Positions 31,066-41,449 of a stretch of 64,000 nucleotides of DNA are shown here, piece after piece. The stretch covers positions 2,144,001 through 2,208,000 of the forward strand of contig OZ241326.1 in the NCBI GenBank assembly GCA_965199855.1, read 5' to 3'. Each line of letters opens with the position of its first letter. Within the stretch, counting starts at the first letter, position 1. The notes under the pieces are model-generated. The model was not told the origin of the DNA. It did no database searches and saw nothing but the letters and a program-made list of their open reading frames with translations. Source of the stretch: a bacterium (GTDB lineage Bacteria > UBA8248). The position numbers were made by a program, and so were the translations under genes.

Positions 31066-31670
31066 TCCCCGCCCTGCTTCTCGCCGTCCCGCTCGCCGGG
31101 CTGCTGGGCGCGATTCCCTTCGGCGTGCTGATCACCCGGCTGCTCGGCGCCGAGGATCCGCGCAGGTCGGGAAGCGGGAACATCGGCGCGACGAACGTCC
31201 TCAGAACGAGCGGCTGGAAGAGCGGCGTCCCCACCCTGCTGCTCGACGTCCTCAAGGGCGCGGCGGCCGTTCTGCTCGCCCGCCGCCTCGCCTCGCCCGC
31301 CGACGCTCCCGCCCTGGAATCCGCCGCCGCCCTGGCGGCCGCGCTCGGCCACATGTATTCGCCCTTCACGGGGTTTCGCGGGGGCAAGGGCGTGGCCACG
31401 GGGCTGGGCGCGTACGCCGTCCTCCTCCCGGGGCCGACGGCGCTGGCCGCCCTCGTCTTCTTCCTCGCCGCCGCCCTGACGCGCTACGTATCGCTCGCCT
31501 CCATTCTCGCCGCGGCGGCGCTTCCGCTCGCGGGCGCCTGGATGGGCCGCCCCGCGGTGGTATACACTCTCTGCGGCGCGGCCTCCCTGCTCGTCATCTG
31601 GAAGCATCGGGACAACATCGGTCGGCTGGCGCGCGGAGAGGAGAACCGCATCGGCCTGAAAAAGCCATAG
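31062..31670 (+). CDS. plsY: Glycerol-3-phosphate acyltransferase PlsY
   Basis: GSGNIGATN, GGKGVATG, KHRDNI.RL. Confidence 0.95.
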   Translation: MIPALLLAVPLAGLLGAIPFGVLITRLLGAEDPRRSGSGNIGATNVLRTSGWKSGVPTLLLDVLKGAAAVLLARRLASPADAPALESAAALAAALGHMYSPFTGFRGGKGVATGLGAYAVLLPGPTALAALVFFLAAALTRYVSLASILAAAALPLAGAWMGRPAVVYTLCGAASLLVIWKHRDNIGRLARGEENRIGLKKP

Positions 31671-31729
31671 GGCTTCCCTCAGGAGGCTTCGCCTCTCGAT
31701 CGTCGCGCTTTCAAGGCATGGGAGAGAAC

Positions 31730-32095
31730 ATGCTCACGGGCTGCTCACCCGTTTTTCTTCTCGTCGTCCTGGGCGTCGGAGTCGGGAGCTGGACGTTCGG
31801 AGACCACACCGCCGCCCGAATCACCGGGCTGGCGGCGACAATCCTTTTTCTCACCTACTTCGCCCTTCTGAACTGGACGGCGCAGAACCGCCAGAAGCGG
31901 GAAGCGGACGCCGCGGACGAGAAAAATCCGTATCAGGAAATCACCGGCCCGCACGACGACGGCGCGCGGCGGGAGCGATTCACCGAGGACGACCGGGCGG
32001 AGTGGCGGAATTATCTCAGGACGGAGGGGAAAATTCTCTGGTTCGGCGTGGGGGGGCTTCTGCTCGCCCTGCTCTACCTGAGCCTGAAAAGCTGA
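31730..32095 (+). CDS. Hypothetical 3-TM membrane protein
   Basis: RBS GGAG; three hydrophobic segments; fills the gap before a convergent gene. Confidence 0.55.
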   Translation: MLTGCSPVFLLVVLGVGVGSWTFGDHTAARITGLAATILFLTYFALLNWTAQNRQKREADAADEKNPYQEITGPHDDGARRERFTEDDRAEWRNYLRTEGKILWFGVGGLLLALLYLSLKS

Positions 32096-32100
32096 ATTTT

Positions 32101-33210
32101 TCACCGCTCAAAAAAGCGAATCACCGCCTCCGCCGCGAAATCAAGAGCGTCCTCCGTCAATTCGGGATAAACGGGCAGCGACAGAACCTCCCGCGCCGCC
32201 GCCTCGCTCTCGGGAAAATCCCCCTCCCCGCGTCCCTCGAAGCAGGGATGCAGGTGCAGGGGCGAGGCGTAATACACGCCGCACCCGACGCCGCTTCGCG
32301 CCAGATGCTCCCGCAGCGCGTCCCGTTCGGGGGCGCGAACCGCGTATTGGTGGAATACGTGCCCCTCCTCGGGAATCGACGGCGGCGTGAGGCGCTCCCC
32401 GAGGACGCCGGCGGCCTCGAAACGCGCCTGGTATTTCACGGCGTTCCCGCGTCTTTTGGCGTTCCACTCCTCCAGCCGCCCCAGTTTGACGGACAGGACG
32501 GCCGCCTGCACCGTGTCCATCCTGAAGTTCCCGCCCACCTCGAAATAAGCGGAATTGTCCGGCGAGCCGTGAATTCGGAGCGCGCGGACGCGAGCGGCGA
32601 GCGCGTCGTCCTTCGCCAGAATCATGCCGGCGTCCCCGAGCGCGCTCAGGTTCTTGGTGGGATAGAACGACAGGCAGCCCGCGTCCCCCATCGCCCCGGC
32701 CGCGCCCGCGCCCGTCCGGGAGCCTACGGCCTGGGCGGCGTCCTCCACCACGAAGAGGCCGCGGCGTCCGGCGACTTCGAGAATCTCCGCCATCGGCGCG
32801 CAGCGGCCATACATGTGAACGGGAATGACGCCCCTCGTCCTCGGCGTGACGGCCTCCTCCACCCGCCCGGGCGCCAGGTTGAACGTGTCGGGGTCGATGT
32901 CCGCGAATACGGGCTTCGCGCCCAGGCGATGGACGACGCCCGCCGTGGCGAAGAAGGTGAACGCCGGGACGATGACCTCGTCCCCGCGCCCCACGCCGCG
33001 CGCCATCAGCGCGAGCAGCAGGGCGTCCGTGCCCGAGGAGACGGCGACCGCGTGGGCCGCGCCGCAATACGCCGCCATCTCCGACTCGAAGGCGCCGATC
33101 TCCTCGCCCATGACGAACCGCTGATGGTCCATCACCCCTTCAATCGCCGCCAGCATCTCCGCCTTGAGCGGCGCGTTCTGGGCTTCGAGATCGTAAAGAG
33201 GGACGCGCAT
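32101..33210 (-). CDS. DegT/DnrJ/EryC1/StrS aminotransferase
   Basis: SSGTDAL, EDAAQA, SFYPTKNL, NFRMD. Confidence 0.93.
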   Translation of the reverse strand: MRVPLYDLEAQNAPLKAEMLAAIEGVMDHQRFVMGEEIGAFESEMAAYCGAAHAVAVSSGTDALLLALMARGVGRGDEVIVPAFTFFATAGVVHRLGAKPVFADIDPDTFNLAPGRVEEAVTPRTRGVIPVHMYGRCAPMAEILEVAGRRGLFVVEDAAQAVGSRTGAGAAGAMGDAGCLSFYPTKNLSALGDAGMILAKDDALAARVRALRIHGSPDNSAYFEVGGNFRMDTVQAAVLSVKLGRLEEWNAKRRGNAVKYQARFEAAGVLGERLTPPSIPEEGHVFHQYAVRAPERDALREHLARSGVGCGVYYASPLHLHPCFEGRGEGDFPESEAAAREVLSLPVYPELTEDALDFAAEAVIRFFER

Positions 33211-33259
33211 GGACGCTTTTTCCAGTTTTATCGAGGATTCCCGGCGGCGGCGCTCAAGT

Positions 33260-33346
33260 TGGTGCCGGAGGCCGGACTCGAACCGGCAAGGGGTCGCCCC
33301 CGGTGGATTTTGAGTCCACTGCGTCTACCAATTCCGCCACTCCGGC
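33260..33346 (-). tRNA. tRNA-Leu(CAA)
   Basis: Minus strand GCCGGAGTGGCGGAATTGGTAGACGC...GTGGACTCAAAATCCAC...GGTTCGAGTCC...CCGGCACCA, long variable arm. Confidence 0.97.
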
Positions 33347-33409
33347 AGAAAGAGCGTTCAGCCCAGCCCCTCCCCGCGCGCCCCGGCAAACCGCGCCCGG
33401 GGCCGGGCC

Positions 33410-33646
33410 TCATCCGTCGTATTCCGCCCAGCTCGAGGGCGACGCCTCCTGCGCCTCCACCCGCCAGGAAACGGAATCCTCGCAGGCGGGGCACAGGACG
33501 ATGAAGCGGCCCTCCAGCTCCTCCTCCATCTCGTCCCGGAACACCTTGAGGCAGTTGCGGCAGTGCACCCGCCCGCAGGCGAGGCATGAATCCGGCCGCG
33601 CGTGCCGAAAGCGCAGGCCGCACGAGGGGCACTCGTTCGTCTCCAC
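33410..33646 (-). CDS. Small Cys-rich (4x CxxC) zinc-finger protein
   Basis: CPSC, CLAC, CRNC, CPAC; RBS GGAGGAGG. Confidence 0.7.
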   Translation of the reverse strand: METNECPSCGLRFRHARPDSCLACGRVHCRNCLKVFRDEMEEELEGRFIVLCPACEDSVSWRVEAQEASPSSWAEYDG

Positions 33647-33773
33647 GTCTTCGCCTCCTCCCGACCGCCGCCCGGACGCGCGCGCATGGCGGCGCGCCGC
33701 GGCATCTGCTAGATTCCCGTGAAGCCCGGCGCCGTCAGACTTCTCTCACCCCTTCGCCAAGGACGGAGACGCC

Positions 33774-34547
33774 ATGATCATCGACACCGACCGCCTGGAC
33801 GAATGCGACCTCATCGACCTGAGCCATCCCTGGGGCCACGGCGCGCCCCTGTGGCCCTATTTTCCCGACCTCAAAATCGAAAGGTTCCACTACCACGCCA
33901 AGAGCCAGGTGCTGAGCCAGCAGATCACCACCTTCATGCACTGCACCACCCACACCGACGCGCCGGCCCACGTCATCGAGGGCGCGCCGTTCATGGACGA
34001 GGTGCCGCTCCGAAGCTATTTCGGCAGCGCCGTCTGCGTGGACATCCCCAAGGAGGAGTGGGAGGTCATCACGCCGGAGGACCTCGAAAGCGCGCGGCCC
34101 GAGATACGGCCGGGCGACATCGTCCTCGTCCACACCGGATGGCACCACCACTACGGCGACAGCGCGAAATACTTCATCTACTCCCCCGGCCTCTACCGGG
34201 AGGCGGGCGAGTGGTTCGTGGAGCGCGGCGTGAAGGGCGTGGGCGTGGATCAGCAGGCGCTCGACCATCCCCTGGGCACGAAAATCGCCTGGGGCGCCGC
34301 GCCGATATGCCCGTTCACCCTCGATGAATACCAAGAGCGCTTCGGCCGCCCCGTGAGCGAGGACTTCCCCGACTGGGAGCCCTGCCACCGCGCGCTTCTC
34401 GGCAACGGAATCGTCGGCTTCGAGAACGTGGGAGGAGACATCGACAGGGTCGTGGGCAGACGATTCGTGCTGGCCGCCTTCCCCTGGCGCTGGACGGGCG
34501 GCGACGGCTGCATCGTGCGGATGGTGGCGTTTCTGCCCAAAGACTAG
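33774..34547 (+). CDS. Cyclase-family (kynurenine formamidase-like) metal hydrolase
   Basis: DLSHP, HCTTHTDAPAH, GFENV. Confidence 0.9.
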   Translation: MIIDTDRLDECDLIDLSHPWGHGAPLWPYFPDLKIERFHYHAKSQVLSQQITTFMHCTTHTDAPAHVIEGAPFMDEVPLRSYFGSAVCVDIPKEEWEVITPEDLESARPEIRPGDIVLVHTGWHHHYGDSAKYFIYSPGLYREAGEWFVERGVKGVGVDQQALDHPLGTKIAWGAAPICPFTLDEYQERFGRPVSEDFPDWEPCHRALLGNGIVGFENVGGDIDRVVGRRFVLAAFPWRWTGGDGCIVRMVAFLPKD

Positions 34548-34885
34548 CCGGCCGCCACCGGCTTCGATTCTTTCTTCGCGCTCTCCGGGGAGGACGCGCC
34601 GTTTTTGGCCGCCGCCTCTTTCCTGTCGGCCTTGTCGGCGGATTTCGGCTCCGGCTTCGTCTCGGAAGCCGCGCCCTCCGAATCCGTCTCCTTGTCCTTG
34701 CCGTTCGAGGCGTAGTCGGTCACATACCAGCCAGCCCCCTTCAGGTGAAAGGCGGAGCGGGAGATTTTGCGCCGCAGCCTGAGCGCGCCGCAGCCCGGGC
34801 ACTTCCGCAGGGCGCCGGCCCCCATCCGCTGGATAATCTCGTGCTCCTCTCCGCACGCCCCGCATTCATACTCGTAAATCGGCAC
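34544..34885 (-). CDS. FmdB-family zinc-ribbon protein
   Basis: MPIYEYECGAC...CPGCG...FHLKGAGWYVTDY. Confidence 0.9.
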   Translation of the reverse strand: MPIYEYECGACGEEHEIIQRMGAGALRKCPGCGALRLRRKISRSAFHLKGAGWYVTDYASNGKDKETDSEGAASETKPEPKSADKADRKEAAAKNGASSPESAKKESKPVAAG

Positions 34886-34905
34886 TTCCCGCTTCTCCTT
34901 CTTTT

Positions 34906-35820
34906 TCAGACGAACGTAAGCCAGTCGAGTTTGCTCTCGTCGCGTCCGTTCACGACCTCGAAAAAGGCGGCCTGGATTCTCTTCGTCACCGGCCCCGGCT
35001 CCCCCGCGCCGATGGTTCTGCCGTCCACTTCCCGAATCGGCGTCACCTCGGCCGCCGTGCCGGTGAAGAAGGCCTCGTCCGCCACGTAGACCTCGTCGCG
35101 GGCGAAGGGGGCGACCCGCACCTCCAGACCCTGCTCGTCGGCGAGCCGCATGACGGTCTCGCGCGTGATGCCGTCCAGCACCCCGTGCAGGGGCGGCGTC
35201 TTCAGCGCGCCGTCCCGGACGATGAAGAGGTTCTCGCCCGAGCCCTGCGTCACCAGCCCCTCCGGGTCGAGCATGAGCGCCTCGTCGTAGCCCGAGGCCA
35301 CGGATTCGAGCTTCGCCATCTGGCTGACGGCGTAGTTTCCCGTCGTCTTCGCCTTCGTCATGTAGCTGTTCGGGTGGTGGGAGGTGAAGGAGGAGACCTT
35401 GACGCGGATGCCCTTCGCCAGGCCCTCCTCGCCCAGATACGCCCCCCACGTCCAGACCGCGACCATCGCGTGGGTGGGCGCCCCCTTCGGGTTCACCCCC
35501 ATGGAGCCGTAGCCGACCCAGATGAGCGGACGGACGTAGCACGCCTCCACCTTGTTGACCCGTATCGTCTCGATCAGCGCCTCGGTGAATTCCTCCCGCG
35601 CCACGGGCGCGTTCAGGCCCGTGATGCGAACGGAGTCATACAGCCTCCGCATGTGCTCCTCCAGGCGGAAAACGGCGGAGCCGCGCTCGGTCCGGTAGCA
35701 GCGAATCCCCTCGAACACCCCCAGCCCGTAGTGCAGCGTATGCGTGAGGACGTGAATTTTCGCCTCGCCCCAGGGGACGAATTCTCCGTCCATCCATATT
35801 TTGTCCGTCGCGCCTTCCAA
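34906..35820 (-). CDS. ilvE: Branched-chain amino acid aminotransferase
   Basis: TTG start with AGGAGG; LHYGLGVFEGIR, GSGENLF, LDGITR, GTAAEVTP. Confidence 0.95.
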   Translation of the reverse strand: MEGATDKIWMDGEFVPWGEAKIHVLTHTLHYGLGVFEGIRCYRTERGSAVFRLEEHMRRLYDSVRITGLNAPVAREEFTEALIETIRVNKVEACYVRPLIWVGYGSMGVNPKGAPTHAMVAVWTWGAYLGEEGLAKGIRVKVSSFTSHHPNSYMTKAKTTGNYAVSQMAKLESVASGYDEALMLDPEGLVTQGSGENLFIVRDGALKTPPLHGVLDGITRETVMRLADEQGLEVRVAPFARDEVYVADEAFFTGTAAEVTPIREVDGRTIGAGEPGPVTKRIQAAFFEVVNGRDESKLDWLTFV

Positions 35821-35942
35821 AAAACTTCCTCCTGAAGCGTGGGGGCCGCAAGGGTCAAGACCGCGGGCAGTCGGGCAAGTATAATGACCCCGCGCGGAGG
35901 GGCGCAAGCCTCCGTGAGCAATAAATCACGCGGCGCGCGCGG

Positions 35943-36947
35943 TCAAGGCCGCGGCGCATACGCCTCCGGATTGAGCAGCACCGCGGGATTCACGCGCTCG
36001 CCCCGCAGCGCGGCCAGCACGCTTTCGCCGGCCAGCCGGTTCACCCGCTCGCGCGCCTGGCGGGTCGCTCCGGCCAGGTGGGGCGTCACCACGGCGTTGG
36101 GCAGGCTGAAGAGCGGATTGTCCGCGCCCGGGGGCTCCTCCTCGAAGACGTCGAGGCCCGCCGAGGCGATTTCCCCCTCCCTGAGCGCGCCGACCAGCGC
36201 CGCCTCGTCGATGATCGCCCCGCGCGCGCAGTTCACGATGACCGCCGACTTCTTCATCATCCGAAAGCGGCGGGCGTCGAACATCCGGCGGGTCGCGGGC
36301 GTCAGGCTGCAGTGAATCGAGATGAAGTCGGACTCGCGCGTCAGCGCGTCCAGGCCCGCCGGCTCCGCCCCGGCCGCGCGCACCGCCTCGCCGCTCACGA
36401 AGGCGTCATGCGCCAGGACGCGGCCCCGAAAGCCGGACAGGAGCCTCGTCATCTCTCGCCCGATGTTCCCGAAGCCGACGACGCCGAACGTAGCCCCGCT
36501 CATCTCGCCGGCGATCCAGATGCCGTCACGCCAGCCCCCGCCGCGCAGCTTCTCCATCCCCTGGGGAATCCGGCGGCTCGCGGCCAGCATCAGCCCCAGG
36601 GCGGCCTCCGCCACGGCGACGGCGTTGGCGCCCGGGCAGTTCGCAACCGGAATCCCGCGCCTCGTCGCCGCGGGAATGTCGATGTTCTCCACGCCCACGC
36701 CGATTTTGGCGATGATCCTGAGGCGCGCCGCCGCCTCGATGACCCGCTCCGTGACCTGCTCTCTCGACGTCACCAAGAGGGCGTCCCACTCGTGGGCGTC
36801 GCGCGTCAGCTCCTCCTCCGACCATTTGCGGGAGCCGCCCGTGCGGAATTCGCCGCGCGGCACCAGCATGTCCCGCAGGGATTCGATGGGATCGCGCGCC
36901 TCGGGGACGAAAAAAACGGGCTTCCGGCTCAAGGCCTCCTCCTTCAT
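35943..36947 (-). CDS. D-2-hydroxyacid dehydrogenase (SerA-like, no ACT domain)
   Basis: GVVGFGNIG, NCARG, DVFEEEP, TPHLAG. Confidence 0.9.
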   Translation of the reverse strand: MKEEALSRKPVFFVPEARDPIESLRDMLVPRGEFRTGGSRKWSEEELTRDAHEWDALLVTSREQVTERVIEAAARLRIIAKIGVGVENIDIPAATRRGIPVANCPGANAVAVAEAALGLMLAASRRIPQGMEKLRGGGWRDGIWIAGEMSGATFGVVGFGNIGREMTRLLSGFRGRVLAHDAFVSGEAVRAAGAEPAGLDALTRESDFISIHCSLTPATRRMFDARRFRMMKKSAVIVNCARGAIIDEAALVGALREGEIASAGLDVFEEEPPGADNPLFSLPNAVVTPHLAGATRQARERVNRLAGESVLAALRGERVNPAVLLNPEAYAPRP

Positions 36948-36968
36948 CCGGGGCGCGCGCCGCGAGGA

Positions 36969-37766
36969 CTAGGTGCCGACGACCAGCGTGGCTTCGCGGC
37001 TTCTCAAAAAGGCGAAAGCGGAGAGATAGGTCAGCAGGCCCGTCCGGTGGTTCTCCGAGGGCACGTTTTCGATGCGGATGAAGGAGCGTCCGAATTCCCC
37101 CACCGCCTCGACCTCGTGGACGTTGCGGTCGGCGCCGGGGTCGCACAGAATCCGCATCTTCGTCCTGCGCGGCCCGATGCCCGCGAAGCTCACCGCGGCC
37201 GAGACGTTCACGTTCGCCGGAAACGCCCGGCACGCCTCCAGGGGATTTCCCTCGAAAATCACCGTCGGCTCGGCGATGGCGTCGAGGTCGATGCCCCGCT
37301 CCTCGACGTAGGGCGCCCCCCGCAGGCTCGCGGGCGGCTTCCGGGTCGTCATGGTGACGGATTCCATCCTGCCGGCCGAGGCGCCCTTCAGTCCGTCCAG
37401 ACCGATGATGGCGCCCGAGGGGATGAAGATGCGCGAGCCGCTCCGCCTCGCCTCCTCTATCAGGTCCTCTCGTTCGAGAAGCGCGCCGACGGAGTTGAGG
37501 ATCACGTCCTTTCCCCGGGAGAAGCAGGCGCGGCAAATCGCCTCCACCGTCTCCCCGCCCGAGGCCTCCATGACGGCGTCCGCCCCCTCGGCCACGCCCG
37601 CCAGATTCGTCATCCGGGGCGGATTCTTCAGACTCGCCAGAAAGTCCCCGGCCTTCTCCGGCGCGCGCGCCGCCGCGACCGGGACGTCCACGGGAATCCT
37701 CCCCTCGTCCGCCGCCCGCGCCACGGCCCTGCCGATGACGCCCAGCCCCACGACGCCCAGCTTCAT
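36969..37766 (-). CDS. nadX: L-aspartate dehydrogenase
   Basis: GLGVIG, SVGAL, PSGAIIGLD, FPANVNVSAA, NVPSEN. Confidence 0.88.
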   Translation of the reverse strand: MKLGVVGLGVIGRAVARAADEGRIPVDVPVAAARAPEKAGDFLASLKNPPRMTNLAGVAEGADAVMEASGGETVEAICRACFSRGKDVILNSVGALLEREDLIEEARRSGSRIFIPSGAIIGLDGLKGASAGRMESVTMTTRKPPASLRGAPYVEERGIDLDAIAEPTVIFEGNPLEACRAFPANVNVSAAVSFAGIGPRRTKMRILCDPGADRNVHEVEAVGEFGRSFIRIENVPSENHRTGLLTYLSAFAFLRSREATLVVGT

Positions 37767-37829
37767 GCAGTCCTCCGGGAAGAAGCATTCATCGTTTCCG
37801 CGCCGCCGCGCGAGGCGCTCTCAAGGGCC

Positions 37830-38912
37830 TCAGCCGCTCTCGCCGACGCGGCTTCCCAGGCTCAGGCGCCAGTGATCCGCCAGGACGAGCGCCATCATCG
37901 CCTCGCCGACGGGCGCGGCGCGCGTCGCCACGCACGGGTCGTGCCTTCCTTCCACCCTCACGCTCGTCCTCTCTCCCGCCGTCGTCACCGTGTCCTGCTC
38001 GATGAGAATGGAGGAGGTCGGCTTCACCGCGAAGCGAACCACAATGGGCGCGCCCGTGGAGATTCCGCCCAGAATCCCGCCCGCGTTGTTCGTCCGCGGC
38101 TTCGTCCCGCCCTCCCGCGCCTCGAACGGATCGTTGTGCTCGGAGCCCCTCATGCCCGCCGCGCGGAAGCCGGAGCCGATTTCCACCCCCTTCACCGCGT
38201 TGACGCTCATCATCGCCGCCGCGAGGTCCGCGTCGAGGCGCCCGTAGAGCGGCTCTCCCCAGCCGGCGGGAACGCCCTCGGCGCGAACCGTGATGGCGCC
38301 GCCCAGCGAGTCGCCCGCCTTCCGCGCCTCGAGGATGGCCGCCTCCATCCGCGCCGCCGTCTCCGCGTCGGGGCAGCGAACGACGTTCCGCTCAATCTCC
38401 TCCGCGTCGAGGCGCCCGCCCTCCCAGCGCGCCGGCCCCACCTGATGAACGTAGCCCAGAATCGAGACGCCGAGGCGGGCGAGGAGCTTTCTCGCTATCG
38501 CCCCCGCCGCGACGCGCGCCGCCGTCTCGCGCGCGCTGGAGCGCCCGCCGCCCCGATGATCCCGGATTCCCCATTTCGCCATGTAGGTGAAGTCCGCGTG
38601 CCCCGGGCGGAACAGGCCGCGCAGGGGCTCGTATTTGCTCGAATCCGCGTCCTTGTTGCGGATGAGCAGCGAGACGGGATGCCCCGTCGTCCGGCCCTCG
38701 AAGACGCCGGAGAGAATCTCCGCCCGATCCTCCTCCCTGCGCTGGGTCGTCACCCGGCTCTGCCCCGGCCGCCTGCGATCCAGGTCGCGCTGGAGGTCGG
38801 ATTCGTCGAGTTCGAGGCCCGCCGGGCAGCCGTCCACCACGACGCCCAGGGCGGGGCCGTGGGACTCCCCCCAGGTGGTGAAGCGGAACAGGCGGCCAAA
38901 GGTGTTCGACAC
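37830..38912 (-). CDS. aroC: Chorismate synthase
   Basis: [25 protein letters not shown]. Confidence 0.97.
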   Translation of the reverse strand: MSNTFGRLFRFTTWGESHGPALGVVVDGCPAGLELDESDLQRDLDRRRPGQSRVTTQRREEDRAEILSGVFEGRTTGHPVSLLIRNKDADSSKYEPLRGLFRPGHADFTYMAKWGIRDHRGGGRSSARETAARVAAGAIARKLLARLGVSILGYVHQVGPARWEGGRLDAEEIERNVVRCPDAETAARMEAAILEARKAGDSLGGAITVRAEGVPAGWGEPLYGRLDADLAAAMMSVNAVKGVEIGSGFRAAGMRGSEHNDPFEAREGGTKPRTNNAGGILGGISTGAPIVVRFAVKPTSSILIEQDTVTTAGERTSVRVEGRHDPCVATRAAPVGEAMMALVLADHWRLSLGSRVGESG

Positions 38913-38923
38913 GACTTTCCTCT

Positions 38924-39463
38924 CTATTCTCCCGGAGCCGGCCGCGCCGCGCGCATTCTGGCGAAAATCTCCCCGGCGACCTCCTCCGGGGCGCGCGCGT
39001 TCTCCACGATGAAGTCCGCGAGCGCTTCGTATCGCGGCGCGCGCTCCTCGAAAAGCAGGCGAAGGGCGGCCTCGGGGTCCGCCGCGCCCGCGAGATAGGC
39101 GGGCCAGCCCCCGGCGCGCGCCCTCTCGATGATAGCATCCGCCGGCGCGCGAAGATAAACCACGCGGAAGGCGGCGAGCAGGGAGGCGGCCTCCGGCGCC
39201 ATGGGCGTGCCGCCGCCCAGGGCGAGCACGAGGTTCGCCCGCCCGCTCCGCTCGCGCAACAGATCGCCCTCCATCGCCCGGAAGAACGCCTCCCCCTCTT
39301 TTTCAAAAATTTTCCGAAACCCGAGGCGCGCGCCCGTTTTCCCGAAATACGCGCGCTCGATGAGATGATCGAGGTCCTCGAAGGAAAACCCCATCCTTCG
39401 GGCGAGCAGGGGCCCGATGGTCGATTTCCCGCATCCCTTGAAGCCGATGAGCGCGACGCTCAA
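38924..39463 (-). CDS. aroK: Shikimate kinase
   Basis: [10 protein letters not shown]-loop, [13 protein letters not shown]. Confidence 0.88.
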   Translation of the reverse strand: MSVALIGFKGCGKSTIGPLLARRMGFSFEDLDHLIERAYFGKTGARLGFRKIFEKEGEAFFRAMEGDLLRERSGRANLVLALGGGTPMAPEAASLLAAFRVVYLRAPADAIIERARAGGWPAYLAGAADPEAALRLLFEERAPRYEALADFIVENARAPEEVAGEIFARMRAARPAPGE

Positions 39464-40449
39464 GGGGCGTCCTCCACGGAAAGCCGGCGGCCCAGGTAGC
39501 GGGACGCCTCCTCATGCGCGCGCGCCAGCAGGGCTTCGGCGTCCATCTCCCCCGCGCGAAGCCAGCGCGCGCCCTCCACCCCGCGAAACCACGCGCGCTG
39601 CCGCTTCGCGTAGCCGCGGTGCAGGCGGGAGATTTCCCGAACCGCCTCCTCCTCGTCAATCTCTCCCCGGCGCAGCGCGAGCGCCGTCTGAAACCCCAGC
39701 CCCTCGAACACCCGGGCGTTCGTGAGGCTCATCCGCGCCAGCGCCTCCACCTCCGTCAGCATCCCCCCGCGAAGCATCCGCCGCACCCTGCGCTCGATTC
39801 TCCCGGCGAGGACGCGCGGGGGATAGTCAAGGCCGATGTAGAGCGGCGAGGCGAACCGGGGCGCCTTCTGCTCGGCGCGCAGCCGCGAGATCGAGCGCCC
39901 CGTCGCCTCGCGCACCTCGAGGGCGCGAACCACCCGCCGGAGGTCGTTGGGGTGGAGCTTTCCGGCCGTTTCGGGGTCAACGGCGGCCAGGCGCGCGTGC
40001 ACCGCCTCGCGCCCCCGCTCGGCCGCCTCCGCCTCCAGCCGCTCCCTGATCTCCGGCCGGGCTTCGGGGCCCTCGAAAAGGCCCTCCGCCAGGGCGCGGA
40101 CATACAGGCCGCTGCCGCCCACCACGAGAGGCTGCGCGCCCCGGCGGTAGATGCACTCGATTCGGACGAGCGCCTCCTTCGCGTAGCGCGCGGCGCTGTA
40201 TGCCTCCCCCGGCTCCGCGACCTCGATCATGTGGTTCGGCGCGCCCCCGCGCTCGCCCTCGTCGGGGCCGGCGGCGGCCACGCGGACGCCCCGGTAGATC
40301 TGCCTGGCGTCGGCGCCCACGATTTCGAGAGAAACCCCCTCCTCCCGGAAGCGCCGGGCGAGCGCGGCGCCCAGGGACGTCTTGCCCGAACAGGTGGCGC
40401 CCACGATGAGGATGAGGGGGCGCGAATCGCCCGAATCCTCCCGGCTCAT
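39460..40449 (-). CDS. miaA: tRNA dimethylallyltransferase
   Basis: GATCSGKT, VGGSGLY, RRVVRALEV, YAKRQ..WF. Confidence 0.9.
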   Translation of the reverse strand: MSREDSGDSRPLILIVGATCSGKTSLGAALARRFREEGVSLEIVGADARQIYRGVRVAAAGPDEGERGGAPNHMIEVAEPGEAYSAARYAKEALVRIECIYRRGAQPLVVGGSGLYVRALAEGLFEGPEARPEIRERLEAEAAERGREAVHARLAAVDPETAGKLHPNDLRRVVRALEVREATGRSISRLRAEQKAPRFASPLYIGLDYPPRVLAGRIERRVRRMLRGGMLTEVEALARMSLTNARVFEGLGFQTALALRRGEIDEEEAVREISRLHRGYAKRQRAWFRGVEGARWLRAGEMDAEALLARAHEEASRYLGRRLSVEDAP

Positions 40450-40486
40450 GGCTTTGAGGCGTCGGCGAGGGCGGCGCGCGTCGGCG

Positions 40487-41014
40487 TCAAAGCGCTTCGA
40501 GGGCGGCCTGAAACGCGGCCAGGTCCGCCTCCGAGAACAGCGCGAACTCGATGCGCTCGACAGTCCCCTCCCCCGCCCGCAAATGCGCCGCGCAGGCTCC
40601 CAGCATCCGGGCGGCCGCCGTCTCCGCGTCCAGCCCGCCGACGCCCGTCCCGATGGCGGGAAACGCCACGCTCGAGAGCGCGCGCTCCTCGGCGGCCTCG
40701 AGGCTCGCCCGGGTGCACGCCTCCACGATTTCGGGCGAGGTTTCGAGGTCCTCCCCCATTCCCGCCGCGTGAATCACCCATCGGGCGGGGAGCGCGCCGC
40801 CGCCGGTGACGACCGCGCTTCCCACCGGAATCGGCCCCTTCGACACCGCCTCGGCCTCTATCGCCTCCCCGCCCTTTTTCTTGATCGCCCCCGCCACGCC
40901 CGCGCCCATCCACAGGCGGCTGTTCGCCGCGTTCACGACGGCGTCCGTCCGGGATTCGGTGACGTCGCCCCGGCGAAGGATCACCCATCCTCGACCGACG
41001 CGCTTCTCATTCAT
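40487..41014 (-). CDS. Macro-domain (O-acetyl-ADP-ribose deacetylase-like) protein
   Basis: GDVT, VNAAN, GVAGAI, FPAIGTGVGG. Confidence 0.92.
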   Translation of the reverse strand: MNEKRVGRGWVILRRGDVTESRTDAVVNAANSRLWMGAGVAGAIKKKGGEAIEAEAVSKGPIPVGSAVVTGGGALPARWVIHAAGMGEDLETSPEIVEACTRASLEAAEERALSSVAFPAIGTGVGGLDAETAAARMLGACAAHLRAGEGTVERIEFALFSEADLAAFQAALEAL

Positions 41015-41077
41015 GGGGAAGGTTTCCGACGGGCGGGATTCGTTTCTCTGCGGGGGCGTCTGCGGCGCGGGAATCGA

Positions 41078-41449
41078 CTAGGTCCGGAAGAAGGGATCGC
41101 CCTCCGGGGAGCCCGCATACGCCTCGGAGTCGGCGGAGGCCGGAGCGCCGTCGCTCTCGAAGGCGAGCGGGTCGAACTGATCGACCATCTCCCTCAGCTC
41201 CTTGCCCGCCTTGAAGAAGGGCACCTTCTTCGAGGGAATCGCCACCGGCGCGCCCGTCCTGGGATTGCGTCCGGCGCGGCTGCTTCTCGAACGCGCGCGG
41301 AAGCTCCCGAATCCGCGCAGCTCCACCTTGTCGCCCTCCGCCAGAGAACTCATGATGCTCCCGAACACGATGTTCACCACGCGCTCCGTGTCTTTTTTCG
41401 TGAGGTTGATTTTATGGGCTATCCGCTCAACGAGCTCGGCCTTGGTCAT
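41078..41449 (-). CDS. ihfB: Integration host factor beta / HU family
   Basis: MTKAELV, VELRGFGSF, GRNPRTG, FKAGKELRE; follows rpsA. Confidence 0.88.
   Translation of the reverse strand: MTKAELVERIAHKINLTKKDTERVVNIVFGSIMSSLAEGDKVELRGFGSFRARSRSSRAGRNPRTGAPVAIPSKKVPFFKAGKELREMVDQFDPLAFESDGAPASADSEAYAGSPEGDPFFRT

Noticed and set aside
33260-33346. tRNA-Leu as an integration site (attL/attR)
   Set aside because: I saw no duplicate of the tRNA 3' end and no integrase in the window.
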